From Tubulanus polymorphus (taxonomy: Eukaryota; Animalia; Nemertea), in contig NC_134026.1 in assembly GCF_964204645.1 (NCBI RefSeq), forward strand, positions 29,050,150 to 29,114,149: a stretch of DNA of 64,000 bases, written 5' to 3'. The position numbers were made by a program, and so were the translations under genes. Positions 26,901 through 40,626 of this stretch are shown piece by piece (the stretch's first letter is position 1; the number at the start of each line of letters is the position of its first letter). Under the pieces are notes generated by a model. It had not been told where the DNA came from. It was given only the letters and a program-made list of their open reading frames with translations, and did not search any database.

Positions 26901-29900
26901 GTAGACTAGACACATTTCATGGAACCCACTCTGTCTGTCTGAAACAATGTCAAGGTAACTTACCCTGAAAGCCCCTCGGTACTAATTAACAACTAATCTT
27001 ATTACAACATGGATCAATAGAATCATTTGGCAAACGGCCTACTATATTTACACTATCAGTTTCCTGCTCTGGTAGAAATCGGATGAACTCCCGTAAGTCC
27101 CCTTCAATGTGTGTCTGCTGTTATAGTTCACTAATCTCGTGTAATACTGGCAGACATGCCTTCTCAAATTTAAAAACAAACAAACCCAGTGAATGCAGCA
27201 GTACCCGGTGTAGGCAGCAGGTAAGACAGCCAGTCTTACCACAACCCATTGATGTATATGTATATATAGAAGTAAAGCTTTGTTTCAATAAATATTTACT
27301 CTAATGCATGTGCGTAGAGTACCATTGATTACAGACATTTCTAGACCTATCTAAGTATCGATTTCACGCCAGAAGAAACCAAGGTACCTAATATACTCCC
27401 TCATTTATTGGATGATTCTTCTATATGGTACCTATATAGTATTAAGGGGCATGTGAACTTTAAGGGTGAACAAGGTGAATCTATAGAAAGAAGCATCTTT
27501 TAACTGGTGAGTCTTTTTTGATGTCGGAAGCCTCAAATATAATTGATGACTCCAATGATTGATTGACTGTAGAATTATCTCTGGCCTCTTCTTTACCCTC
27601 CATAAGTACGTTTAGCCTTCTGATGAAACATTTCTGTTGTGTTTCCGATTATTAGGAATGACTTTCTCAATGTCAACTGATGAGAAAGTAGTTCCGATAC
27701 TAGTTCAGTCTGAAGTTTTTAGAGTCCATGTTCGAACCATATTTGAAAGCGGTTGGAAGAGCGCACGCACACTTTATATACAGCAAATCTGTTTCATCAA
27801 ACAACCTACACATGAATTAACGTATGCAATCATTGAGAATATAGTAAATGATTTGCCCAATTATATTTGGCTTATGTGTGCGTGCATGGGTGGGTGAATA
27901 CGAGTAGTTATTGTTTTAGGGATATTATATATTATCATGATGTACATTCAGCCTGTGACATCAATAAAATAGATGAGTGTGTAATATGAATTGTGTTTTT
28001 ACAGACTGGTGACACATGTGTAGCATCTAAAACCGTTTACAGATGGGACATCTCTCTCTCTCTCTCTCTTTCCCCCCTTTGTTTGTGGAAACTCAAAGGA
28101 TTTAGATTTATCAGCGACTGATAGCTACAGTATATATATTCTATACTGTTGGATCCACCTGTTAATATAAAAGTTTCTGAAGGCTATTTGTCATGAAGTT
28201 GCGTGCAGGTGTTACACTTGCTACAAATGTTCAAGATGTCCTCTGGAGTGTTTTACGTATCTGATTAAAATACGAGCTCATGCTGCGTATATACATAAAC
28301 TGAATAATTCGAACATAATTTTTTCCTGTGTATATATTTCCTTAACGAAAAAATTCACAAACACAGACTGATTTACGGTATTAAATCCATATGTATGAAT
28401 TTGAATTTTGAATTCTGAATTAGTGCATTTTAAACTTGTATCGAAAATGACCTAAATTCTAGCTGACAGGTACATTTAAACCTTTCGGCGCAATGTTTGA
28501 TGGTCAGCTTGGCAACAATTGACCGTTGACCAGTTCACGTTCATTCAATAGCTTTTACATATCATTAGACTATATAAATTATCACTGACTGATAATCTTA
28601 TAGTTAAATGTACCATTATAGTATTGTGTTTAGATTCTATAGATATTCATTCTTTTTCTTCTGACTTCAGAAATTTTTCTAATTCTAAGGAAATGATTAT
28701 ATCCAGGGTAAATGTATATTATTAGCTGTACAGTTTATGGTCGATCTTTTCTAGTCAAATCTTATGTCCAATGAGTGATTCATGTCTCATGTCCAGGGAC
28801 CGAAGAAGTATTCAACTCTTCCAAACTATTGAACTGTAGAGTTTATATAAGAATAATGGTGGTTGCTTCAAAAGACTAAATAGAAGTTCTTATATATGTG
28901 AGACCATCCTTCTTGGTAATTCTGTAGCTAAAGAAGTGATTTCATCCACTCATTACATCATGCAATATTTGCAAAATTTTCTCTGTTTGGATATGTTGAA
29001 TATGTCTTTGTAGCCTAGAAATAACTCAAATCCAGCCAGTCCCCCTTAACACACAAACTACATATTAAAAGCTGACGGTTTGAATGAAAATGACAGTTAA
29101 ACCTCCCCCATTAAACAATCATCTATAACAATACAAACAAGAGAATCGCACACTGGTGAAAATGAGATAAATAGGTCTTGTTTGAGAGATCAAATGACAA
29201 TCCCCCTATGGACATGATATTGACACAGCTTCATCATCACCAATATGTTAGTGGTTTCAAAAGCTACCATCATCTCGCAGAACATTACAATGACCATGGA
29301 CATACTCACTAGTTTATACATCCGATGGCTTGAGAAAATGAACATCGAATGACTCGGATCTATGAAATTATTGAAGGTGAAAAAGGAAATATATTTTTTG
29401 GCGAGCATAAGTTCCTGGACCGAGACTCGTCCCCGCAGATCCCTAATTCTGCTATTTTGTGTCAAAGAAAATGTATTAGAATTCATATTTTACCATCAGT
29501 GGTTTTTGTGCATATTCTGGTCGGTATTAAGTTCCTGTTGGTTCGTCATTTATTCGCTTGAATCGCCCAGAAAATGCATCTATGGTATAACACTTTAAAA
29601 TCTCCATATTTGATCCTAGGAGGACCCCCTAACCCTCACTAATGCTTCTTCACTGGTAAATGAGCATAGCCCACCTTCACACTATACCCCCTCGAAAAGA
29701 GTGGTTAGGCTGCATACTGCCCTGAAGCAGGATATCATCCAGTGAGATTTATGATGAGGAAGTTCAATGTTATTTGACTAGATTAACCTCACACTCACAC
29801 TTGTTGACACCAAATAAAAAATTCTACCAGGAACCTCGCATCTTGCATAATAGCCTTAGAATAAACCCTTATAGTTTATCAAACCAGATTGTATTATCCA

Positions 29901-32900
29901 AGTTCAATGGTGCCGAGTATTTTTAAACTGCTCACAAAATATTTTGAGTCATCTGAGTCGGCTGTCACCACACATGGCTCATTGCCAAGACTAACAGATG
30001 AGTTTTTGTTAAAACATGTGTCATTTTAAGTATTTTTTCCAGTCAGTTCTAAAACTGGGATGATACCATTTTTCGTGTTTTCTACGGGTGATGAACCAAC
30101 AGGCTTATTCGTGTATCTGCACTATGCGTGCGTGTGTGACATAGATTATATGAATTGATTGATTTTTTACCGAATTTTGCATAGCACGCCCGGGCCTCAA
30201 TGGATGGTATGCACATTTTCTAGGCAGTGAATCACAATAAGTTTGGCCACCGATAGACCGGTGTGTCACCTCCGACAAATGAATTCGGCAAAAAGTAGAT
30301 ACTGAATCATGTGATCATTTGATCAGCAATTCAGTCGTCAGAATTCGCTAAAATGTGTCAATCTTGAAATCTCTCGAATTCAATCAATCACTGGTGAATT
30401 ATACAGCGAATGATTCGCCGAAGAAATTTGCCCAGTCTGTCACAAGCTTTAGGTATAATCTTTCAGACTCAGGTGTATTACTACTAGACTAATCCTGGTT
30501 GCATTTTCTGGGAAATGGCAACTATAATTGTTAGGCTGTTTGGGTGTATTGAATAGCATGGATTCAGTGACACTTGACCAGCATTGTGACCCTAACCTGC
30601 GGTTTCCTCTTGGTGTTCAGTCGAGCACATTAACTGGACTGTAACAAAAGAACTTGACCAGTCTTTTTGTCGTGTGAAAATATTTCTAGATGTCATCCTG
30701 GTACAGAAATGCTCAATTCCCAAAGACAGGATTGAGACTATTTTCAAAATTCGTACCCCGTGTTGCTCTTGCTTACTGCTACTTAATCATCCTTTGCCAA
30801 AATCATCCTTTGTGATTCAGTTCGGCTTGGAACGCTCTGTGGAATTCAGCTTGCAAAATCGTGATGAATATATTTGACTGAACTTGGTCAAACTGTCAAA
30901 CTTTGCACAGCATTTTGTGAATTATATTTCTAAACATTTTTATTCAATGCACCACATAATGTTCCCTCCAAAACATTTAAAACATTGAAATCCATCTGTG
31001 ACACGTGTTCAGTTGGCATACAGATAAATCATAATCCTGCCAGAAAATATAGTCTCAAAAGATCAATGACAATTTTAAACGTTTATTTCGACTGTATTAT
31101 TATGACTCTATTGTGATAGAACACATGACACATATCTTGTCTAGTTTATATTGAATTGAATTGTTGAAGGTAGGTACTTAAGATTCGCATTAATTCTGTG
31201 ATGCAGGGGTCCGCCAAATGATACCTGAACCAGCTGTGAGACAGTGGGGACAACAGGTTGACCATAGTCTTCATCAATTTCATTATGGGTGGTGTACAGG
31301 GCCATACACAGGCCCTCTTTTGAGGAGGAAAATGTGTTTGGTGGAACTCATTTCCCAGCCATCAATCGCGAGCACCGTAGCAGCTGTTATATAACGGGGT
31401 GTTGGGGGTCCCTCATGAAGATTTTAAAAATTTGAAGAATTTGAGAGGCATTTCCTGGCCAATATAAACGAGATTAATAACGCATTTTGAAGTAATCATA
31501 GACCGGACTGGGTGAGACTATCACTGATTGACAAATGAAATATTATGAAAGTTCTTTGACGAAAAGTAGCGGAACTCCGGTGGTGTGTGGGGGATGGTGT
31601 AGAGTATTGAATCTCTCATGCACTTTCACATGGTCTAAAAATATTGAACTATTCATAGTGTAGCCTATGTGAGGGTGGTAGATACGTCATATACAGAGTA
31701 TGTATTCAGTCATCATTGACGTCATCCTTAACTCATTGTATTATAACAAACACCTGCTTGTATGTATATCTGATGTATAACATGGGGGGCTGATCTGTTT
31801 GATTAAAACTGCTGTTTTGCATCAATTTTATAGTATACATGTAGGTATTACGCTTATTCAACGTTTGCAATTCCACCTTTTTTATGGTGTTCACTGAATC
31901 TAGATCCGAATTTATGATTTGATTCAAAGCGAACTCATTAAAAATGAACTGATTTTAATGCTAGCGCGCGAGAGAAAGTGTGAAGAAGTCTTTATCAGTT
32001 TCTATAGGGTAAGATTTTTTCTTACAATTGAACAACCGAATAGCCCCATAATCCCTCAAAAATCCCATATATATTCATTTATTGCCAAAATCGTAGTACA
32101 TCGAGTCTTTTGTTAGATATTGAAAACTATTCATAGGAGCTACAGTTAAACATATAGTCCAGCATGGGTCATGGGTCAAACATGTGTCCAGTTGACATGA
32201 TATGCACGTCACAGTTTTGGTCTCTTGCCAAGCTTTCACACCTGACACATGTTCTCTACACATCGTGCAAGTTCTTCCCAAAGTATTCGTTGTGAATTTG
32301 CTGATAGATAGTTGTCATGGGACAAGGAAGGTTGGGCTGATAGGAGCTGGGTGGGGGATAGAAGATATCTCCTCGGGTATGGTCCACCTGATAGACACTT
32401 GTAGCTGTTTATCTATTGTGTATTCTAAATTAAGCGAATTACGATAACTGAATGTGAAGCCATTCAAATGAATGCATTATGTTTGAAGCCACCAGGCATT
32501 TGTTTGATAGTGAATGTGTCCAACCATGACTGACTTCGGTCAGAAGTTGATATTACCGATATTACCGTTAGAAATAAGCATTGTAAGTTTCTATGGTATT
32601 GTATTGATATAAAGCCTGACCCCGGGGTCATTCTGAGTATCTATGGCCGGAGAACATGTTGGTTTGGCAACAACGTGTAGCATAAACCTCAAGTGCCTTC
32701 TTGCCACATTCTGTGTCAATAATGAATGATGTAATTTGAAAATGTGTTATTTCTGTCCTTAACTGTCTAATAAAAACAGATTCAGTGCTGGAATGAGGAG
32801 AGGGGGAACTCTTTTTTGTTTTTCTACCAATGCATGTTTAGACTTCGGCAGTTGTTATGAGTAGAAATATTGTGAATATGTTGCAGAATAATTTTCAAGC

Positions 32901-35900
32901 TCATCTCAGTCATTAGTAGAGAAATTGTTCATGATAATGCATTCTAGGAGTTGGCAGAAGAGGGATTCAGTTAGGAAGTCACTCATGTCTGTATAGCGAT
33001 GATTGCTTGAACCAGAGATATATTTTAATGTATCCCTGCGTAGACAAAGATGCAACTAATTGAGAGAAGAAAGTTTGACCGCTGTCCTGTCTAATTATTT
33101 CATCAAACCCGTGGTCAGAATATAACTCGGCACACGTTCCAACCTCAGGCACCCTACATCACTGAGCCAATTAATTGTAAGGGTAGTTGGTGACTGGGTA
33201 GCCTGCCGCTAATAGGCTATTGTATCTCCGTTAATAGAGATCACTTTCTATACCGGATTTATCTCATTATATCATCACATTTGAAAGAGAAAATTGTCTT
33301 CCATTAGGAGGAGGGTTTGTGGTAGTCTGAATACCAGACGTTGTTACGGGGTTACGGTCCCTTGGAGAACAACGGCTAGATACTAGCCTAGGTTTGGGGT
33401 AATATTCAGAGAGATTTGAAAATGTTGTAGATAAACATATTGAGACCATAGAAAAATACAAGGTTTCCCTTTATTATGTCTGGTGAGGCTGAGTGTCACT
33501 TGTTGATTTCAAGCTCCCTAGACATGTATGATGCTCCTTGAATAGTGAAAACTGTTTGATTGAAACAGCTGTCCCCTCTATTGATTGATCAGAGCTTACA
33601 CAACTGATGAATCCCTACTTGGTTTTAGGATTCAGGTGCACACATATTGGGACCACATACTGCTCGATGTGAAATATCCACAAAAACGACTAGATTGCGA
33701 CATGTGTGTTTCAACTGGTCACCGAGTGACAGAGTGGGAAACAGACAGAAAGTTGAGAGAGAATTTGCCAGCTGTCGTTTGTAGACATCAGTTGCTGAGT
33801 TCGATCTTCACAAATTGATATTGGACATCCGCAGTGTCCCGCATTAATTAATTCAATAATTATTTCTATATCTATTTGAACTGCTTGCTGTACTTTTATT
33901 TATGTTCAAATATTGTCTGTCGTGTATGGATTCCATGATTTCATCCATACTTCCTTTGCACTGTTTGTATATCCTTTGCACTGAGAACGAGTTTGATTCC
34001 ATGTTCTATAACCACAGTTGGATTAAAAAATCATGATTTATGATAATTCAACCCTGGATATCTTTCATATTAATCCATTTACTTATTTAAAAGTACATTC
34101 AGAGTTCATGGTGTCAGTAATGAAGACTAGGTTAGTAGGAATTCGTTCTGATAGACTTCATTTATAATCATCAAGGCTTTCACAGACACTGAGCATGTCC
34201 TTAAATTGACTAAATTTGACCCCATTCAGTGCCACAGATCGTGGTTCTAGATTATCAGACCAAAAATAAAACAGAAAATTGTTTCCAAAAATGTACAAGA
34301 AGTTCATTAGAAGCTTGTTACAACAACCTCTGAATTTTACCACAAATATAGTAGTACTGGATGTAATGAACTATCAGTTGTAACGAACAGATAATTGGTT
34401 CCCTGAAGTTCATTTTAACAAGGTTCTACGGTTCCACTGTAGTTTGTACATCTTTGATTACTCCTTCAGTTTTAAGTAATGTTTTGGGGGTCGAAAGATA
34501 TCATTCCTAAATGTCTAATGAAATATGTAGCAACTTCTGTGCTCAAGCATCAATATTGATACAAGGTGAAGGATGGAAGAAAATTATCATCGTCGCTTTC
34601 CCGCAACAGAGTTCATTTATTTATCTAAACAAATAATCTAAACATAGACTTGAAATGTCAGATTTCACTGGAACATGTGTCTCCTGGTCAAGAGCTGTGA
34701 ATCTAATCAGCTGGGTCAGCCTGGGAAATAATACCATAGAAACTAAACTAAAACCACTAACCCAGTGATAAGATTTAAACATTATGAAACTAAAGATAAA
34801 GTCCAACTGAACCTTGTCTGACCCTGTAACACTTAATACTGTTATCTCCAAGAGATATAGCAGTGAGTGACCAACCACTTCAATCACTCAAAAATGTATA
34901 TTTGAATATCTTGCTGTAAATGGAAGGTTAATTTAGGTGTAATGAGATATATATTTGTGCACAGCTGTGATACATTCATTGATATGTAAAATAAAAGTGC
35001 TTTTGATTGTATTAAAGGTGGCATTTGGTGTATTCTATGATAATTCTTCCATTTGACCATTATTCAAATGCAACAGGTGAATCTGGTATCCATACCTAGG
35101 CTGGACTGGAGGTTCCTGGATGGAGGTTTCATGCTCTGAAAGAATAAAATCGGTTTACCAGTCTATAGTTAAACTCAATAAGTACTTTGTTCTTCAATGG
35201 CGGCACCGGCCATTACCTTTTTGACCTCTATTTCAAAAGTCACTGATTAAAATGTGATCTATTGAAATGACGCATGATGCTTCCTTTGTTAAAGTACTCA
35301 TGGTATCTTCAGTGTCCAAGGAGATAGTAATCAATGCCACATCAGGCTTTCATCTGGTTACAACTGACAATCCTTCAATGACAGTCACTAATAGTCTCCA
35401 TCTCCACAGCACTGTGAGGCATATGCGGGTTGCTATTATTTTTTACATAAAAAATTAGAGTAATCTGTTATGATGGGGGCGTAGAGAATCAATTTTTGTG
35501 GATGATGATTATCTTGAAAAAAGTTACAATGTATAGTGTTTTTTCAATTGCAAATCCATTGACTCTCCCTATTTGTAGACAACCTGTACCAGCATTACAT
35601 ATGCAAAATGTTTAATTATTCTATTGTAAATATGGTTGTTTCATCTATACAGTTTGTCCGGGGCATTATCTGTACCGATACCATATGGGGATCATAAATA
35701 TACAATATGTGACATTAAGTTTAACTATAGTACATTCAAATTGGCGGCTGGCTCTGTGTTTATGTTTACGCTTGCTTCATTTAAATTTTTTGAATATTAA
35801 AGATGATTTCATTTGATATCTCCGGTCAGGGTTCGCTGAAGTGTACTGTTAGTAACCTTGTATCCTTCACCTTGTCAATGACCTGTACTTTAAGTGACAC

Positions 35901-37854
35901 TAGATATGGATAGATAAATCTCATCACTAGGCTCACGGAGAGTATTTGCCTATAGCCTGGCCATAGCAATGAATAGGAGGCAAGAGATGCATATGGTTTA
36001 CATGAGCAGCGTGCATACTAAGTGACTAAATTCCATCACTAGGGCAGACAAATCCTGTACACTACAAAAGATGTCCCAAATAATGAGGACAAGTGCAGGT
36101 ATTGTGGGCCAAGCCTGTAGAGCTGATTATAAACTGAATAGAACAGGATGCACCCAAATGATTGTTAACTGGTGAAATTCTAAGATAAGGTCTTTAGTAA
36201 TATGAAGCTTTGCTTGCACACAATGTTCAATGAGATTTAGGGTGGAACATGAAGTCAATCTGATGGATGTGGTTAACGGGAGTTACAGATAGTGATGTCA
36301 TTGCTATGGATGAATGACTCATATTGACGTCATACCATTAAAAAAACTATCTTGACTATAAAAAAGAACACATTTTTTCCTGAAGAAGCCAAGAACTTTC
36401 CAAAACTTCAGAAAAGTTCTGAAATAAGTATTATACTTTTCCACTTTAACCAGACACTAGATGTTACCCGTCCGGTAACTGATTTCACTAAAACTCTTTA
36501 GTTGTTGAACTTAAGATCTGAAAACTTCAGCAGTGATCACTTTTTTGTGGTTTCTTTTAGGGTTGTTTAGTTTATCAGGTCACCTAATTGTTCAGCGGAC
36601 AATGGAGGAGAGAACTGCTTCAGACTCTATACTGAACACAACAACATAATGGTATAGGTGGGAATAGGGCTAATTCTGTGGGTGATGGTCCAACTTGATG
36701 CATTAACCATATAGGTGGCTGACTGGTGGGAAAAAAACCTTCAGATGTATCAGTTATCGGCAATCTATTGTGTATGTTTATTTTCATCTCAGACTTTAGT
36801 AGTAAATACGTATATCAGAATATATATGAACTATCCCTGTGAGACTAAAATCAATTGAGATGAAATAACTGGAAATAGACACTATTCTATTCGTCAAAGT
36901 TAGCAAGCATTTAAACACGTGGTAGATAAATGTTAATCCAGGGTTATATATCACGTGCAATGTACAATACATGAATAGTCGTAGTAATATAATGTGTTGT
37001 ATTTTGCACCTGTTACTTAGATAAGATATGCTTATAAACTAGACAATAGATTTCACAGAAATCTTTAAATAGATCTGTCGCTACAGTATCGGCTGATTAG
37101 TTCGGAACTCTAAATTATCGGTTATAGATTTGTTTTTAAGGCTGAGGTCTAGACTGGCGATTTTAGGGACAAGCTGTTCTCTGATGAGCCTTTGTTTCGG
37201 GTTCAACTAGCGGAACTAAATATCACTTACGAGTTGAAAATTGTGGTATTTTAAACAAGTTGCATTTGATGGATTCTGTCTTTGATGATGTGTGACCCTA
37301 TTGTTCTAATGGGACAGAGAGATCTATGTCTACCGGCTGTTATAACTTCAAACAATGCAATAAATAGTTTGGTTAAGTGGTTTGTCGGCCAGTGGTCATT
37401 ACGTAGTAATTAGGGAAGCAATTTAATGTTCACTCCCAATTCACTGATATTTCAAATGGCATTTACTCCTCCGTAGACAAAAACGCTCAGACGTCGCTTC
37501 AAGAATAGAATGCCGCGAGCAGGATGATTGGGTAACCTTCAGAAATGAATTTTTATGCGAATTATTTTTTCCAAGAAACGCTTCCGAAGGTGAAGCGACG
37601 ACCTAATGCATCATGCTTGAACAGCTGTGGGAGCGTAGTACCGAGACGTCCTGAAACTGCAAGACACACGATTTTGTTTATGTAAACTGCCAGAACTGCT
37701 ATTTTAAAAAAGACACGTTATTTCGCGGTTACATTCAGAGAGGTAGGTAAAGTATAAGAACAGAACAAGTGACAAGAAACCCCTTCGACAACCTCGAAAT
37801 TATTGCAGTTGTAGAATTAGGAGTAATGAATGAATTTACGTTTACAATAGCGCG

Positions 37855-37930
37855 CTGCTGATTGGCTGCAATTTACTCACCTTGTCGAAACCCCGCCCAC
37901 TTCTAGTTTCCCGCGTCAGACCGTATAACT
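37855..37930 (+). promoter_or_regulatory. Putative MYC core promoter (CCAAT box, GC box, TATA-like)
   Basis: CTGATTGGCT (37858), CCCCGCCC (37891) and TATAAC (37924) lie upstream of a non-coding exon ending TTG|GTAAGT at 38332. CACGTG E-boxes occur at about 36916, 36952 and 38553. Confidence 0.55.
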
Positions 37931-38733
37931 TGATATCTTAGCGCGCTGCAACTTAGTTCTAAGTCTAGCCCTTACGAAACTCTGTAGAAATATCTTAAAT
38001 GATAACAAAACTCATTTTAAGACTAAATGTAACAGAAGTTCACTGTAGTTTAAGCGAGTTGTTGGAATATTAGGAATTTAGGTATTTCAATTTATCGTTA
38101 GCTTCACAGTTGACCTAAGCGTAGGGATATTACTAAGTGGAGGGTGCGGGAATACAGTGATCCCTCAACCTTTGGCTATTCAGCGACTAATCGTCGAAGC
38201 TGACAGTTGTGGCTAGCGCGCTCTCTCATCTTTGCCGACATTCATACTTTGGATTATTGTAGGCTATCGGGGATGTACTTTAGTTATCGTCTTGAATTAT
38301 CGAAGACATTGAATATAGTATTAACATAATTGGTAAGTAACTTTTTTTCTTTCGTTTTCCATGTCAGAATGCCGGCATCCAAATTACATAAAATAAAATA
38401 TTCGCGAATTGGGCGTCGTAATTATGATGTCTTTATTGTCATTCATTCGTCGCGTCTGTTATTTTGTACATATATAGCTCGTATGTATTTATTCTTTGAA
38501 ATAATGATATTAATTGCTATTTAGTACTATTTACCACCATACGGTTTTCTACCCACGTGTCACACCTACTCAACTGTCAAACTTCCAATATGGACGCGCG
38601 TATACATATGTCTGATAACGATTTATTAACGTTATGTTTCGTATTTATTTTTCAGTTGGCTGACACTTCTCAGTACACATCTTGCAATAAGACAGTCACC
38701 CTGACACATATCAATACGAAAAGCAATAGGATT

Positions 38734-40626
38734 ATGTTTGTGAAAGTGTTGAATGCGTCGAATTTGCGTTCCAACTGTACCGTTAAAATGAAGCCGAAAT
38801 TTCAAACTGCCTCGAAAATCAAAACTGAGGATTTCGATATCGTACAGCCGTTTTTCTTCGAAGATGATATGGACGATGATTTTTACTCTACTACTGTTCC
38901 GCTGCCGAGTGAAGATATTTGGAAGAAATTTGAACTGATCCCGACGCCACCGCGTTCACCAACCCGCGACGAGCAAGATTGCGTCGATGGATACCCCTCT
39001 ATTGCTTCGCGCTCTACGATTCAAAAACTAAATCTCGTTTCCGAAATTCTCGACGATCCGATTTCTCAAACGCAAGTTTTCAGTGACTTCTTTCTTCAAA
39101 ATGCGGTGGCTAACTCACCGTCGAATTCTCTGCGATCGAATCTGATACAGGATTGTATGTGGTCGGGTAAACACCAGACGGGAGACGACGACACGGACGG
39201 GATCGTCAATTGTGAACCGGAAGAAGATGTTAAAAACGAAGCTGTCAAAGCGCCATCAGCTGATATAACTCCGAATACAGCTTGTGTCGATCCGACAACT
39301 GTCTTCCCTTACCCAGTTAGCACTGAAACTAAAAGAGAAAAACGTAAAATCATGAAGATAGATCGTGTCATAACCGGTAAGTGACAGTTTATCCAATCAA
39401 ATTTATGTTCAGTGCAGTTCAGCAATTCATTTTATGGTAATATTTTCATTGAAAAATGTAGTAATTAAATTGTAAAACAATCGATAAAATGTTATTTATT
39501 ACTCGGGGTGTCTTAGTTACCGCAAAAATATTATTGACCTTAACATCAATATTTTTTGTGATGTCATTGCATAAGAATGAGTAAGCCAGCTAGATATACA
39601 TGTAAAAACGCTCAGAGCACGTGTATGCCATGCTGTTAATATAATCAATAGGCTGTTACTAGGAAATGGTTGGCGGGATGGCAGCGTTCCAAGAATGTCT
39701 GGCACAACCCAGCCATGTCGCTTGTAGTGCAGAATGCTTAGCATTGAATATTGAGGCCTCTGAGGGGCTGTTGTAGATGAGCGCGGCAGTAGAATAGCCA
39801 TACTCTGACGTGGAGAATAGATCAAGATAAAAAGTTAAAAAACCCACTTAAAACCTTTAAACCCATATTATACACAATAGGGTTAAAAGCGAATTTGAAA
39901 ATAATTATTTCAAGGACACAACCAACGTATCGAAACTCTAGAAACCATCACTACAATATACATCATAGATCTCGGCACTGACTTTCATTTCGGTTAAATA
40001 GAATTTTTCCTTTGTATTTTTTAGATGATAGTGACGAGGAAGCTGAAGAGGAAGAGATCGATGTTGTGTCGGTTCCTGTCCCGGTGAAACGACCGATTCA
40101 AGTAATTCTAACATCGCAGTCGAAACCGAAAGGCCAGTCGGTGATTAAACCTATACCGCAACTAGCATTCGCTCGAAGCGACACCAGTCCAATTCCACAT
40201 CCGATTGACATGCATTCGTATTCGTTAAAGCGTAAAGCGGTTTCGATGCCTTCATCTCCTCAACCTCATTCGAAACGTCTACGCCACGAACTAACTGTCG
40301 ATTTACGAAAAGCCGTCCAAAAACTACGCGTCCATCCGGTAAATTCGAGTTCGGATTCGGAGGAACCGCACAAACGAGCTCAGCACAACGTCTTAGAACG
40401 TCAAAGGCGGACTGATCTGAAGATGAGTTTCTTCACGTTACGCGATTTATTACCGGATTTACACAAAAATGAACGCGCCCCAAAAGTCGTTATTCTTCAA
40501 CGAGCGGCTGAATACGTGCAAAGTCTTACTCGTATGCACAAACGTCTGCAAAGTGAACTGCAACAGGAGGAAAATCGTAAACGCAGGTTAATTCAACGTT
40601 TAGAAGAGTTAGATCGGACGTTTTAA
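38734..40626 (+). CDS. MYC: Myc proto-oncogene family bHLH-ZIP transcription factor
   Basis: Coding exons 38734 (or 38788)-39376 and 40025-40626. Motifs: MbI PSEDIWKKFELIPTPPRSP, MbII LIQDCMWSG, CVDPTTVFPYP, EEEIDVVSV, and bHLH-ZIP KRAQHNVLERQRR...APKVVILQRA. Confidence 0.98.

Noticed and set aside
24200-37800. Short ORFs (60-100 aa) in the intergenic region as genes
   Set aside because: No recognisable domains or coherent exon chains; consistent with random ORFs.
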